From the NCBI RefSeq assembly GCF_902652985.1, contig NC_047017.1, forward strand, positions 20,584,001 through 20,648,000: a stretch of 64,000 nt of DNA, written 5' to 3'. Positions 1-11,700 of this stretch are shown one piece after another. The position numbers and the translations under genes were made by a program. The first letter of the stretch is position 1; each line of letters opens with the position of its first letter. Origin of the DNA: Pecten maximus (lineage: Eukaryota). Under the pieces are notes generated by a model. It searched no databases. It was not told the origin of the DNA and saw nothing but the letters and a program-made list of their open reading frames with translations.

Positions 1-2032
1 TACTCCAAGGTGAATTGCATTATCCTACATATAATAAATGTTTTATACTACATACCGCTGTCACAAGCCAGTTACAGGATATGTTGAGATATAAAATATC
101 TGTTTAGAAGACGCGGTTGCCTAAACTTCAATCGAACGACATTTAGTATTGAAAACTCTATCTGCTTAAGATAAAATCTGAACTGTTGTGGACTTGTTTA
201 CACGTATACGCAGTGATATTTAGATTCGATTTTTATCATTTTTATGAAAAGTCTGGTGTTATTGAAATTTTACTTTATTTTTTAGAATGAGCTTTTAAGA
301 CGTATTTGAATTAATCTCATATGAATGACAGTTGTAGGATTTCAGTGAATTATTGGTTTGACAACTAAAGAAAAGAAATAGTGTGGAATTTCGTATCTGT
401 AGGCGGGCTGCGACATGCACGACAGATGAAGATTCTTGGTGTGTCGTTTGATCTCAAACGATGGCGGTTTGTTCAGGAAGCCGATATCTCATATAAATAC
501 CTGTAGCATACCAGTGATATTTCACAATCCTATAATCACAATTGTGGTGCAATTTAACACAAGTAACTTGGTCAATTGTTGGTATGTATCATGGCCAATC
601 ACGGGTCATGCTGTTGACATATACATATCAAGGTCAAAACAGAAGCAATGTTTGAATCAAACAAATGCTCGCACTAACTGCTATGGACACTTGTAAGCTT
701 AACGGCATGGTTATTTTGTGCAATATACTGATCCACGAGCTTACAGTGTTCTCCTGAAACTTGCATTTTATGCACGTTTTTGCCGAAATCAACGGACAAC
801 ATAACAGATTAAATATTAACAGCAAAACCCATGGTTAGCCATGATATAAACAATAATTGATCATGTAGTGGTCTACATGCTTCTAAAGTATCACTGGATT
901 TGCTATTAGTATTAGCGGGATAGCTTTAGATTATATCACCCTTATATGTTGCTCAGCGAGGAAGTCATCGGCTACAAATGTCTTCAGAGTTTTTATGTAA
1001 TCAAACACTACATCTACAATGTAGGTGTTACGTTGTTGTTTTCTTTAATCATTTTATTGAGTAACATAGGTATTTAATTGGTTTAAGAAATACACGGACT
1101 TGTCGAAACCTGTAGTAATATATAACATATGGACCGTATAATATCTACTATAGCTCGAAGTATGTCAAATCGACGTACAGGTACCTTGCTAAAAAGAGGT
1201 CACGATAGCATAGGTGTTACATGTGGTCTGTAAGAAGTCACTTAGCATAGTTGTTACATGTAGTCACCGCCGAAGCAAAAAACATTTTTGATTAAATGGA
1301 ACAAAATGCAAATTAAGATCTTCTATATCCCTAATTCACGCCTAGCCCGACGCCAACTACAACCAGCATATTAGTGATAGAAGTATGTGGCAATTATATT
1401 GGTGGTTTAGTGTAGAAGCCCCTTCCATTTACTAAAATCAAACAACAATTTCGGATATTCGCTCCGCTTACATGCATTTTAAATTTTCAATAGTAATTAA
1501 ACAAATTGGTTTATATAAAGATCTCATCTAGAACTCATTGGGTTTTTGAAACAGTCGCCCGAATATACACTGTATTTTAACATCCGACATATTGACCTTA
1601 AATGTGGGTCAAGGTCAATGTCATTTATTAGATATTATAGGCCTGTCATGATCACTAACGATGGATATGAATTGACGAGATAGAATTAATTCATGCAGAG
1701 GTGAAACTTTTAGATAAGCTGATCTGTAAGGATATCACGTTTATATACTTCGTCATTTGTGTTGCTAAATTATATACATTTTGTACATTGTATATATATA
1801 TATATAACTGTAGAGACGTTATCACTTGTAATCTTCTCTGGTATAACTAAATACAATATATTCTATATAAATAATGATCATAGAGGTTTGTAAGGGTCAA
1901 TGATAAAACATTAGAATTGAGATAAGTAAATATATATATATATAGATAGATTAGTACAAACCCACTGATCTGATATACATATATAACATATTACTATATC
2001 TTGAGTTAAACAACTAAATACCTATATCTCAC

Positions 2033-2262
2033 CTGTCAGTTACACCTTGGTATGTTAAGCCGGTGGGTGTGCATTCAGCCGAGTCGACTCGGAGCCCCCC
2101 GAGCGATTTGGTCGGGAACACGTACAGCTCCGATATCGTTCCAACCTTTTCGTATGGCCTGGTTCTATACTTGTTGGACATCCAAGCGAAGCACGTGTAT
2201 TTAAAAATAGCAACACCAGCCAGTGTCGCCGCTAAAGCCACGCCATTCGGATTATCCGACAT
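2033..2262 (-). CDS. MTARC: Mitochondrial amidoxime-reducing component (mARC/MOSC domain), first coding exon; the rest was not located and probably lies left of the window
   Basis: MSDNPNGVALAATLAGVAIFKYTCFAWMSNKYRTRPYEKVGTISELYVFPTKSLGGLRVDSAECTPTGLTYQGVTDR has an N-terminal hydrophobic anchor and then the MOSC_N pattern VGTxxxLxxxPxKSxxGxxVxxAECTxxGL...DR. It ends at a phase-2 donor AG|gtgag. A candidate acceptor gtttacag lies near 2312. Confidence 0.85.
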
Positions 2263-2949
2263 ATTATGAGATGGTCTATATTTAGCAGTGGAAAACCGTC
2301 TCCCCGGATACCTGTAAACACACTGAACGTTACCGTTATGTATACCTTTTCACCCCTGTTTGTAAACAAGCGGTGTTACATGAAAATGTAGGACAGATAA
2401 AAGTTCCGGCGAATCATGATCAGTGCACATTTAGTAAAACGTTTTATGGACATTAGCAAATAGATAGCTACACGTGTGTGTAAAATGTATACGACCCAAA
2501 ACAGGAAGCCTGGTCGGTGAATTTAACGCAAATCTTACTTTAAAATATAAAAGAATAGTCTTTTAGACAATGTTATTAGCACATTATATAAAAATTAACA
2601 CGACGTTTCAATGACACAGCCATCTTTTTCTGACTAAAAGTATTTTTGTCATAGATGATAATTGCAGTTTTAACGAACGTGTGTATGCGATATTTTTTTT
2701 ATCTATTAAGTGATTTAGTTTTTTTTAGTCAAATCCTTTGCAAAACAAAAATTGGTCGAAAAGTTATTGCAGATAATATTAATTTTAAAACTCTCCATGC
2801 TGTGTATGTTATATGGATTTTTTTTTTACATTTCAGTGTTAATATGTTATAAACTGAAAGCATCAGATGTAATGGAATTATTCTTATATTATTTCGCAAA
2901 TTTTGTTCAGTAAAATCGTGCATGGCGGTGTCTCAGGTTGACAGGATTT

Positions 2950-3840
2950 GATAGGTTTGATTTGTTTGACGTCCTATCACCTATCAACGGGTAAGGTCAT
3001 TTAAGGACGGTCTCCTATGCGTGCGATATGCATGCGTGTGGTGAGTGCGTATGCGTGTTTTGGGAAGCTGTCGTTTATTCATGTTAAGTAAAGTGCCGAT
3101 GTATAGTGCTATCTCACTGAAGCATACTGCCAAAGACAGCCAGTAGGACACCCCACCCGGTCACGTTATACTGACAAATAATGTTTTGTGATATGTTGTA
3201 AATCTTGATAATTATATTTCGACAAACATGGCAACCACTGTGTCTAAATTTAACAATGCCAGAGAGGACACTCATTCTCCGTCCATGGTTGTTCTCCGGT
3301 ATATCACGGTTTCGCAGACGTAAAAGGCACACACAGAAGAATATCTAGACACGTGGAGACATTCGGATACAATAAGGTTCCTTGATTGCAATAATTAGTC
3401 GGACGCTGGCCATGTAGTTATATAATCTAGACACCGATAAATACGCCTACCTTGCAGGTTTACGTAGAGTTTGAAAGGGAACTCAGCCATAAGAATATCA
3501 ATATTTTAATGTGATATTACTAAACTAATAAATTCTTGAAATAATCAAATGGAAAAAAAAGTTATCTTGACAAAATGATGTGAAAGCCTTGGCGTACTGC
3601 TACTTCCAAAATGCTGAGCGCTAAGCAGGAGTAGCGACTACCATTTTTCTAGACTCTGGTATGTCTCGACCAGGGGACCCAAAGCCTTCCTCGCAGGGGC
3701 GAACGCTCAACTAAAGGCCAAAAGTGGGAAAATGGAGACATAAGGAAGAAGAAAGTTGTCAAGAAAGATTATATCCCAAATTTAGTCGCATCTTACGAAC
3801 CTGCATTGGGGTCAGCAGTAGGTACACTTGTTACTGCTAA
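2950..3840 (-). mobile_element. tRNA-derived SINE (Meta-domain-like), split by about 420 bp of unrelated sequence (about 3175-3590)
   Basis: 2950-3175 and 3594-3840 are the reverse complement of the two halves of the copy at 20175-20665. Shared features include the 3' tail (taaatgacc...ataggacgt) and the core aaaatggtagtcgctactcctgcttagcgctcagcatt. Confidence 0.7.
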
Positions 3841-4628
3841 ACGAGTGCGATAATAAACATAACGTACATTGGTGCTAAAATTGTTTCTTACCTAAAACAG
3901 TGTCAAATCACGCACCTGCCTATCCCAACAAGGTTAAATGTTTATTGGTATTTAAAAACATCACGTTCACTGCGTAGGTGTTTATCGACATTTACGTAAC
4001 TGACGGTCCCCGGTATGGTGGTAATGTTTGCTGTTATTTGATCATTGATTCTTCTAAATTCTTAATCTATAAACAAAACGATTTGAGTTAATTACTTGTG
4101 ATATTTTAAGGCTTATCGGATATTCTACTTTTATATAAAGTTGATATCTTAATATGCTTGACAGCTTCTTACAATTTTCAGAACTTTCATTGCATGGGGT
4201 CTTTAAATTGTGAATTCAATGTTTAGAGCATTTGTGATAGACTTCCTCTTCACATCTTTTAAGATAACGTTAATCTGTTGGTTTATTTTCTTCAATTATG
4301 AACACCTTTTTTTTCTGATAATGTTTTAATATCATTTTAGATGGACTTATTTCTGATCACGAACTAAATTTTAAAGTAAAATAATCAGGAACCATCTCCC
4401 AATTAGAGAGTGATGGCAAAGATGACCTACCCTGTTCTCTAGTCTCTTTCTTATCCGATAATTCACATCAGATCACATTAAAAATACACGTACACCCGTC
4501 CTTAACTACCAGTAACGCTGTACTTTTCTAGTGTAAATCCAGTGTTGATGGCATTACCTAGTGAACTGAATGCATAAGTTGCGTTTACTAATCTTGAAGA
4601 TTATTCAGAAAATGGATGTAATTCATTA

Positions 4629-4998
4629 TAAGGACATTCCTTCGTTCTCGCATCAGAAACATGCATAATTTCTATTGATGAAATATATGTCCGAACGATG
4701 ATTATATGAGTGTTTGTGCCTACAAGTAATGACATTAACAATGAAATTAACACCGCAATGTAAAAGAAAAGACGTATTATATACAAATGCCGTATGTCTG
4801 CGGTAATTATTTATACTTCGGGTCGAATTTAGAATTTTCAGGAAGTTAATACTCGCAGAACTTTGGTTTATCTTGAGAATAAAACTGCCTTATCAATAGA
4901 AAGATTATAACATTTACTACTTGTGAAAAATACATATTTTCCAATAAGCTAAATTTTGACGACCTTAACTTTATTCAAACGAAGGAATGCCCCTTTAA
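4629..4998. mobile_element. Non-autonomous TIR DNA transposon, Kolobok-like (TTAA target), copy 1
   Basis: Termini are aaggacattccttcgtt ... aacgaaggaatgcccct|ttaa. The internal sequence is the reverse complement of the copy at 57704-58034. Confidence 0.75.
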
Positions 4999-5512
4999 AA
5001 AGATTGGCTTGGTCTTTTTAAATCAGTGTCGATTTATTGGTGACACCGATTAGTACGTCACTATTGTTTCACCTTTCCACATTCTAGGTGTATTATCATG
5101 GTGATTTATAGTCCACTCTAAAAGTTGTTACTTTGAAGCACATATATATTGCTTGCATTATCAGAGTAAGTAAGTCATCTAATAAACAAAACGTGGCCAC
5201 CATAAGATACCAGGTTTTGAATATTAATGTACATGTATTCAGTACGGTAAATCACAAGCGGCCAGGTTGGTCGAAAACCATTGAAACTTATCTTATAGTA
5301 TAGCAAGTAGCTATCATTTTAAACACATACCAGAAAGGGATGTTTTATTCTAAATGAAATTCACTAGTTGATCAATCTGAAAAATGCGTCAGACAGTCAC
5401 ACATTGAATAAGTCTTGACTAGATCTCTATTACTGTTTAAAACAATTTGTTATATCCACAGCCATTTAAATATTGATATTCTCTCTCTTACGGAAATTAT
5501 TTCGGGTCTTGA

Positions 5513-5543
<31 letters not shown>

Positions 5544-5639
5544 TTTTTTTAAAATTATTATTATTTTATTTTTATCAATCCCAGATACCTATATAACTAT
5601 CTATATTATGTCAGTATGTCAAAACCAAATCAATGAGCA

Positions 5640-5745
5640 CATTTACCGTACATGGCACGTGATTACCTCCCCTGTTTGGTACTCTTTACACTGGGAGATT
5701 AAAACGATTGACAACAAGTTTGTTTCAAAATGGCGTAGGGAACCT
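5640..5745. promoter_or_regulatory. Putative CCDC175 promoter region, possibly bidirectional with mARC
   Basis: E-box CACGTG at 5656-5661 and YY1-like AAAATGGCG at about 5727-5735 sit just upstream of the first coding exon. Minus-strand donor-like motifs occur at about 5645 and 5665. Confidence 0.35.
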
Positions 5746-5784
5746 GTCGATGGACTGTTAATAGCAGAAATCAAAACAGTAATA

Positions 5785-8700
5785 ATGTCTGCTAAGAAAG
5801 GAAAGCACGGAGGTTAATGCTGCCGTGGAACGGCTCTTGGAATTGGGTAATTTACTTTTTAACACTTTCACTTACCACGATACTGGAAAGTACAGTGTGT
5901 GTTCAATATTTACTGAACTTCTGAAGCGCAGATCGCTGATTTCATATTGGCTCATAGGACGTTTGGATTTTACCATTTTCTAAACATTTTGACGTTATAC
6001 TGATAGTTTATTGAGTGCTACAGTAAGCCACAAAGAAAATTTTTCTTACAAAGGTTGATAGATTCTATGGTGTTGTACTCATCTGCCCCAACAATATATG
6101 AAAGGGGATACAAAGTTGGAATAATTTAGACTACTGTATAAACAGTAGTGCCTGATCCAGTTGTTCGGGGATTGTCACAACTATGATACCAAGAAGGATT
6201 TAGGTGATAAAGCCAATGCCATTCCTGCTAGATTAGTTGGGTATTTGATTCCACAACTCCTCCTATGATATCATTAATTGCTTTAGTAACGGTTCATCAG
6301 TTATCAAACTTCACAAATGCTGTCATGAAACATATGGTCTGCCCTGACCAGACATACACTTTGTATGTCAAGCTTAAGTGTTGGGAAGTTGTTTAGGCTT
6401 CTCATTATACAGCTGACAGTCCAATTAAAATTGTCCAGATAAGGTTATTTTGTTGTTGCCATTTTTTATACTGTTAGTTTTAAAAAGGCATTTTATTTAA
6501 ATGATGTATTAAAGAAATATATGGAGCACAGGCACTTGCCTTGTTTGCCAATAGACCAAATATTCACGCATTTGGTGTATTGAAAGACGAGGCTAGTGCC
6601 AGTGGACGGAAAACTCTTTCTTAGTTTATTCGCTGGTGTAAGGGCCTCGAAGTATAGACAGGTTGTCACCATTAATATAATTTACAAGTACCATCTATAT
6701 ATCCTATACTGTATGTACATGTATCCACCATGATTTTATTTTCAGTATTTCTAATTTACATTCGTGCTATAATGCAACATTATTCCACTTTCAGCTGACC
6801 GCATGAGGAGCGAGGATTTTGGATTCAATGAAAAAGATGTTCAAAACATAGATGGAGTAATAGAAGCAGTTCATGCATTGGTATGGAGTATTTCTTTTAA
6901 TATTCACATATTTTTTTCTAGAATTATTGTGTAAAATTATTTCCTACAATAGTATCATCATTGCCTTCATAATAAATTTAAGAAGAATTAAATCCATTCA
7001 ATAATATTTAAAGAGAAAAACTACATGTAACTCCTCTTTTATAAATAATTGCTATGCAAGAACTAAAGATGATCTTCAGTGTTTTGTATTTATTCATTAT
7101 AATATGGATTCCTTTCCTGTATCTCAGGAGGGTGAACGAACACGGGTCCATGATAAACTTGAAACAGAAACAATTCATGCCAGTATCCTACGCCACAAAC
7201 TTCAGTTCTTGCCAGGAGAAATCAAGAAAGAAATCAAAGGTAAAATATGGAACAATGTTTAGCATGATTTGTCACTGTATAAAAGAAGTTGAAATGAAAA
7301 CAAGATTAAACTGAGCTGATATAAAAGTGTACAACCACCCTAGTCATTTCTTAGAATCCATAGCTCTTAGAAGATGTAAACATTTACATTGTATAACTTG
7401 TCTGATTGTAGCTGCTGTTGAGTCGGCCAGACAGTCCAATGCTGATGTCCTGCGAAAATTACAGCAGCAACTGGATGAAATCAACCAAAACACAGTTTAT
7501 CTTGAAACAAGACAGCAAGAACTGGATAAAGAAAATGCTGTTTTACAGTGAGTTAATAGCCTTATCTAAGCTTTTTATATACCAGTTCTTGTCAAATGTA
7601 CGTGTTAATATTAGGCTAGGATTCTTAAGAAATAATTTTTCAAGTCCTTTTCATTCTATTTTATGTAACTTGCTACATTGCATTAGAGTTGCTTCACATT
7701 GATTATGAGTGTAGGTTTTGGAGCTGACTGTTCTCCTTTTTTTTAGCCCACAGAGAGAGCTTGTCAAAGAGAAACATGAACAAATTATCTCGCAGCTTAA
7801 CCAGCGTATGGCTGAAAAAGCTAGGTATGTATTTCATCTCAGAGCATATGCATAAGATATAATTCTGAGATAGTTATAGTTATGTTGAATATCAACTTGT
7901 AATGATATGTCAATAATTATTCAAACTGTAATAATATATAATTATAATGATAATTATATACCATTTTCAAATTGTAATGATATACATGTATCATGCACAT
8001 GTAGATATTGTTTTAATTGAATCGCAATGTTTTTATGTTGTTTACACTGTATGTTGTCATCAAGCACTGAGTAAAATTATAAGCTCTCCAATTTTTTTTT
8101 CAAAAGCTTACAGATTACCTTGAATGAAACAAGAGACAAAGTCAGACAGACTAACCAGGATGTAAGTATATATGCCTGTATAAGTCTCATATTGCAGTAT
8201 TCATTGTGTGGTATGTGAAAACTTATTATAGGAAAAAAACTTAAGAATGGTAATCTGCAAAATCATATTTCATGAATGATATTAGCATCAATTGGTTGTT
8301 TCATTTGTTGCTGGTATGTTGTAGATCGTTGATCTTGAAGATGGAATTTTACAACTGAAAGAGGATCTGATTGTTGAGCGGAAAGAAGCAAGGACAGAGA
8401 AGAAGAAACTTAAGAGGGCTGTGGTGAGTGCTGTTGGTTCACAATATTTAGAGATTTCCTAAACATCTGGATTTAGATCAATAGCTTTTTTATCCTTAAA
8501 TATCTATGAATTTACAAATGTACCTGGTGCACAAACTAATACTCCATTGTGATTTTGTGTTTTACAGACTGACACTGCAGAAAAAACAAAAGACCAAAAA
8601 GTGCTGAATATCGTGAAGAAGAAGTAAGTCACAGAGTTAATGGATATATCACTCCAATCTGAAACGACTTTTAGCATAATCAACTGAATGTTTAAACTTA

Positions 8701-11700
8701 CATTGGACACAACTGAATAACTACTTATATCTAATGTAAAGTACTTTTAAGATTGATTTGAAGTAATTAACATCTGGTGCAGTATGTGAGATTTTGGATT
8801 AGTATTTGTGTTGTCATACTCTATATCATCTGAAGCATTGACACAGTCAATACAGTTGTAGGTACACGTATTTGTGAAGAGATGTAGACAATGTTTACCT
8901 ATCTGATCTGTAGCTACTCTCGCCTTTGCCGGGGAGTCCCATGCTGGTAGCCATGATCATGTGAATTAAAAGTGGTTTATATTTTATATGCATATTGTAG
9001 TTTGTGTAGCTTGATCATAGACTCATCAACAAAATTATGCATTTGTTTATCTAATAATTGATCCTAAATAAGTTCATACTTGATCAATCTCATTTTAGGG
9101 AACTTGATGTTATCCATGAACAGCTGCTGGAGAGTGAGGGGAAACTGGAAGCGATAAGAATGGTATTTTTCTGTCCAGATTTTCCTATAAATAGAAAAAA
9201 AGTGTAATTTATTCTGTAAAAAGATCATAAAAATGAGATCTTTGTTACAAAATTTGAAACCACTATGAAAGTTCTCAAGAACTGACAGATACATTCAATT
9301 ATGCAAAATACCACTAATTCTATTTCTATCTCCATCTAATTTAAGGAATAATACTAAATATGTTTTGCGGTTCTTATTTGCTGAAAACTTAAAGAATTTT
9401 ATATTATGATTACTTTATGCAATCAAGTGTTAATTTGTGATATGATGTGATTTGTTAGGATCTTCGGAAATATGAGACTTCAAAAGCCAAATTGGAAGGT
9501 CAGGAGAGGGCTCTGAATGCTCAGCTGCAGAAGCAACTCAAACTAAACGGAGAACTCCGTAATAAGGGGTAAGGAAAAAGTACATGGAAAATAACTGTTG
9601 GTGTTTTTATTCCAGATCTGTAGTTACCATAAACACCATTCACAAATTACTGACAGTCAACATAGACGGCCACCAATTAAAAAGTTCAAACATATTACAA
9701 TGATCCATAAAGTGTTTTGTACTTTTAGTAATTAAGCATGTACTTTATGTAAGTTTGCTTTCAATTTAATTTCCTTTTTTTTTTTAAATATATATATTTG
9801 ATTTGACCTATTATATAAGTCCAACTATATCCATTATAGATGACCCCATGGGCCTCTTGTATTTTTGTATGAACATGGAAGAGACTTATTATATGAACAG
9901 TTGTGTATTGATGAAATCCATGTGTTTTCTGATTAAAGCAATGCAATAATCAAGGAAGATATGCAATCTCAGCAAGATTTTGAAGGTAACGAAAAACTGT
10001 TACGGAATAAATTAGAGAAGGTAAGTTTTTTACGGAATAAAGCAATAGAAAAAGTCACTTTTATCCCTAAATCTGATATGTCTTCCAATTTTGCCATTAT
10101 ATGAGGAACAAGCATACCGGGTATTGGTAAATGGTAACAATACATAACAGATGCAATTAGTTGCTTGCATTATATAGTACCTGTAGTACCCAGTAACTAG
10201 TAAGTATCAGTATATACATACTGCCCCGGTATAGATATGCTGTTCAAAAGGCAACTATATGGTCTCTTGGCTTGCACCTATAAGTTTTAATTTTTTTAAA
10301 AGCTTGTAATGATATTGTTGTGCTTCTAATATTTAAAAAAAATCAATTTGAATTTACAGATGAAGTATGAAATAGAAAGAGAAGATCATAAGAGTATGGA
10401 ACTACAGGGTCAGAAGATGGATTTACATTTAGGTAAGTTTTGTATGTTTAGTTATATTATTGATACAGTAATTCAGTATGTATAGTACAGAGACCAACAC
10501 AACCTCTGTCTGTTACCGTGTTACTGAGTAAGGTTTTACGATGGATTGGGGAGAATTAAGTAAGAGAAAACCTTACATGTTGGTGACATAGTTAATCTGA
10601 AATCATATGTTTACCTTCAGACCTTGAACAGAAGATGAAAATCAGGCAGGTGGACGCTGAACGTGTGAATGAACTAAATGATGAGTAAGTATATGACAAT
10701 TGTATAGGGGTGATTCTTGTGTATACATATACTATATATAATTCTAATGATCTAAAACATATTTTTCTAAAGTTTTTCAGACTTTGTACACGATATTTAA
10801 TCAATCACTGTAGAGACGATAATGCAACATTTTTTATTCTGAAATCTGATATGAATGCAATGTCGTTCACTAGCAGTATTTAGGGACGAATCGTCTTTGA
10901 ACTCTTCGATATACTTTCACGTGCAGGGGAATTCTAAATATCTCTGCCGTTGGTCGCATAGCGTTCTAGTGTTGAACATGATGCAGTCACGCTAGTATCC
11001 GCCTTCGGCCCACGTTTGCCGAAGGGTTCATTGTGGTTTCTCCAGTTACTAAAACATTATTCTTATTGTATTTTATTGTATTTCCAGTACTTCTTATATA
11101 TATTATGTGATTGTATTTGTAATTTTTTGTGTTTTGCTAAAGGGGCGGATTGCCTCGAAAATTTAACAAGCCTTATTGTTTACACTGTTTGAATTACTTC
11201 TTTGCCCCATATACTATATATAGATATAGCTAACATCTTCATGCATATATAAACATACATGTACAGAAGTAAAAAGTCCTACAATGTCGATATACAGAAT
11301 TACACTATATATCAATATATGTGCATAATTACAATGAACAATTTATTTATATATAGTTACACTGTATATCAATATACCTATACATGTATATACAATGTAC
11401 ATAATCACAGTGTACATCAGTTCATGTGTATATAATTATATTGTTTACCGATGTATGTAAATACAATTACATTATGTACAGTGTACATATATAATTGTGT
11501 TCCAACTTAAAATTAAATTGAATGATTACCAAAGACACTAACACAAGTATTATGTGACTGTAGTTGGCACAACATCTGATTTAAATAATGTGTATATTTA
11601 GACTGCAGACAGAGAAGCGTGCCCTGGCCTTGAAGGCTGAGGAGATGGGAAGGATGCAGGCAGAGAACGTAGAGATGCATGACCAGATAGAAAACCTAGA

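Noticed and set aside
1-2030. Search for mARC exon 2
   Set aside because: No segment encoding the expected [FH]W[LM]V..TxRQ.P motif was found. A possible acceptor near position 25 cannot be confirmed.
5513-5543. Poly-C run read as polyproline in ORF 5473-5817 (also poly-G at about 40316-40339)
   Set aside because: A simple homopolymer of uncertain length; not coding.
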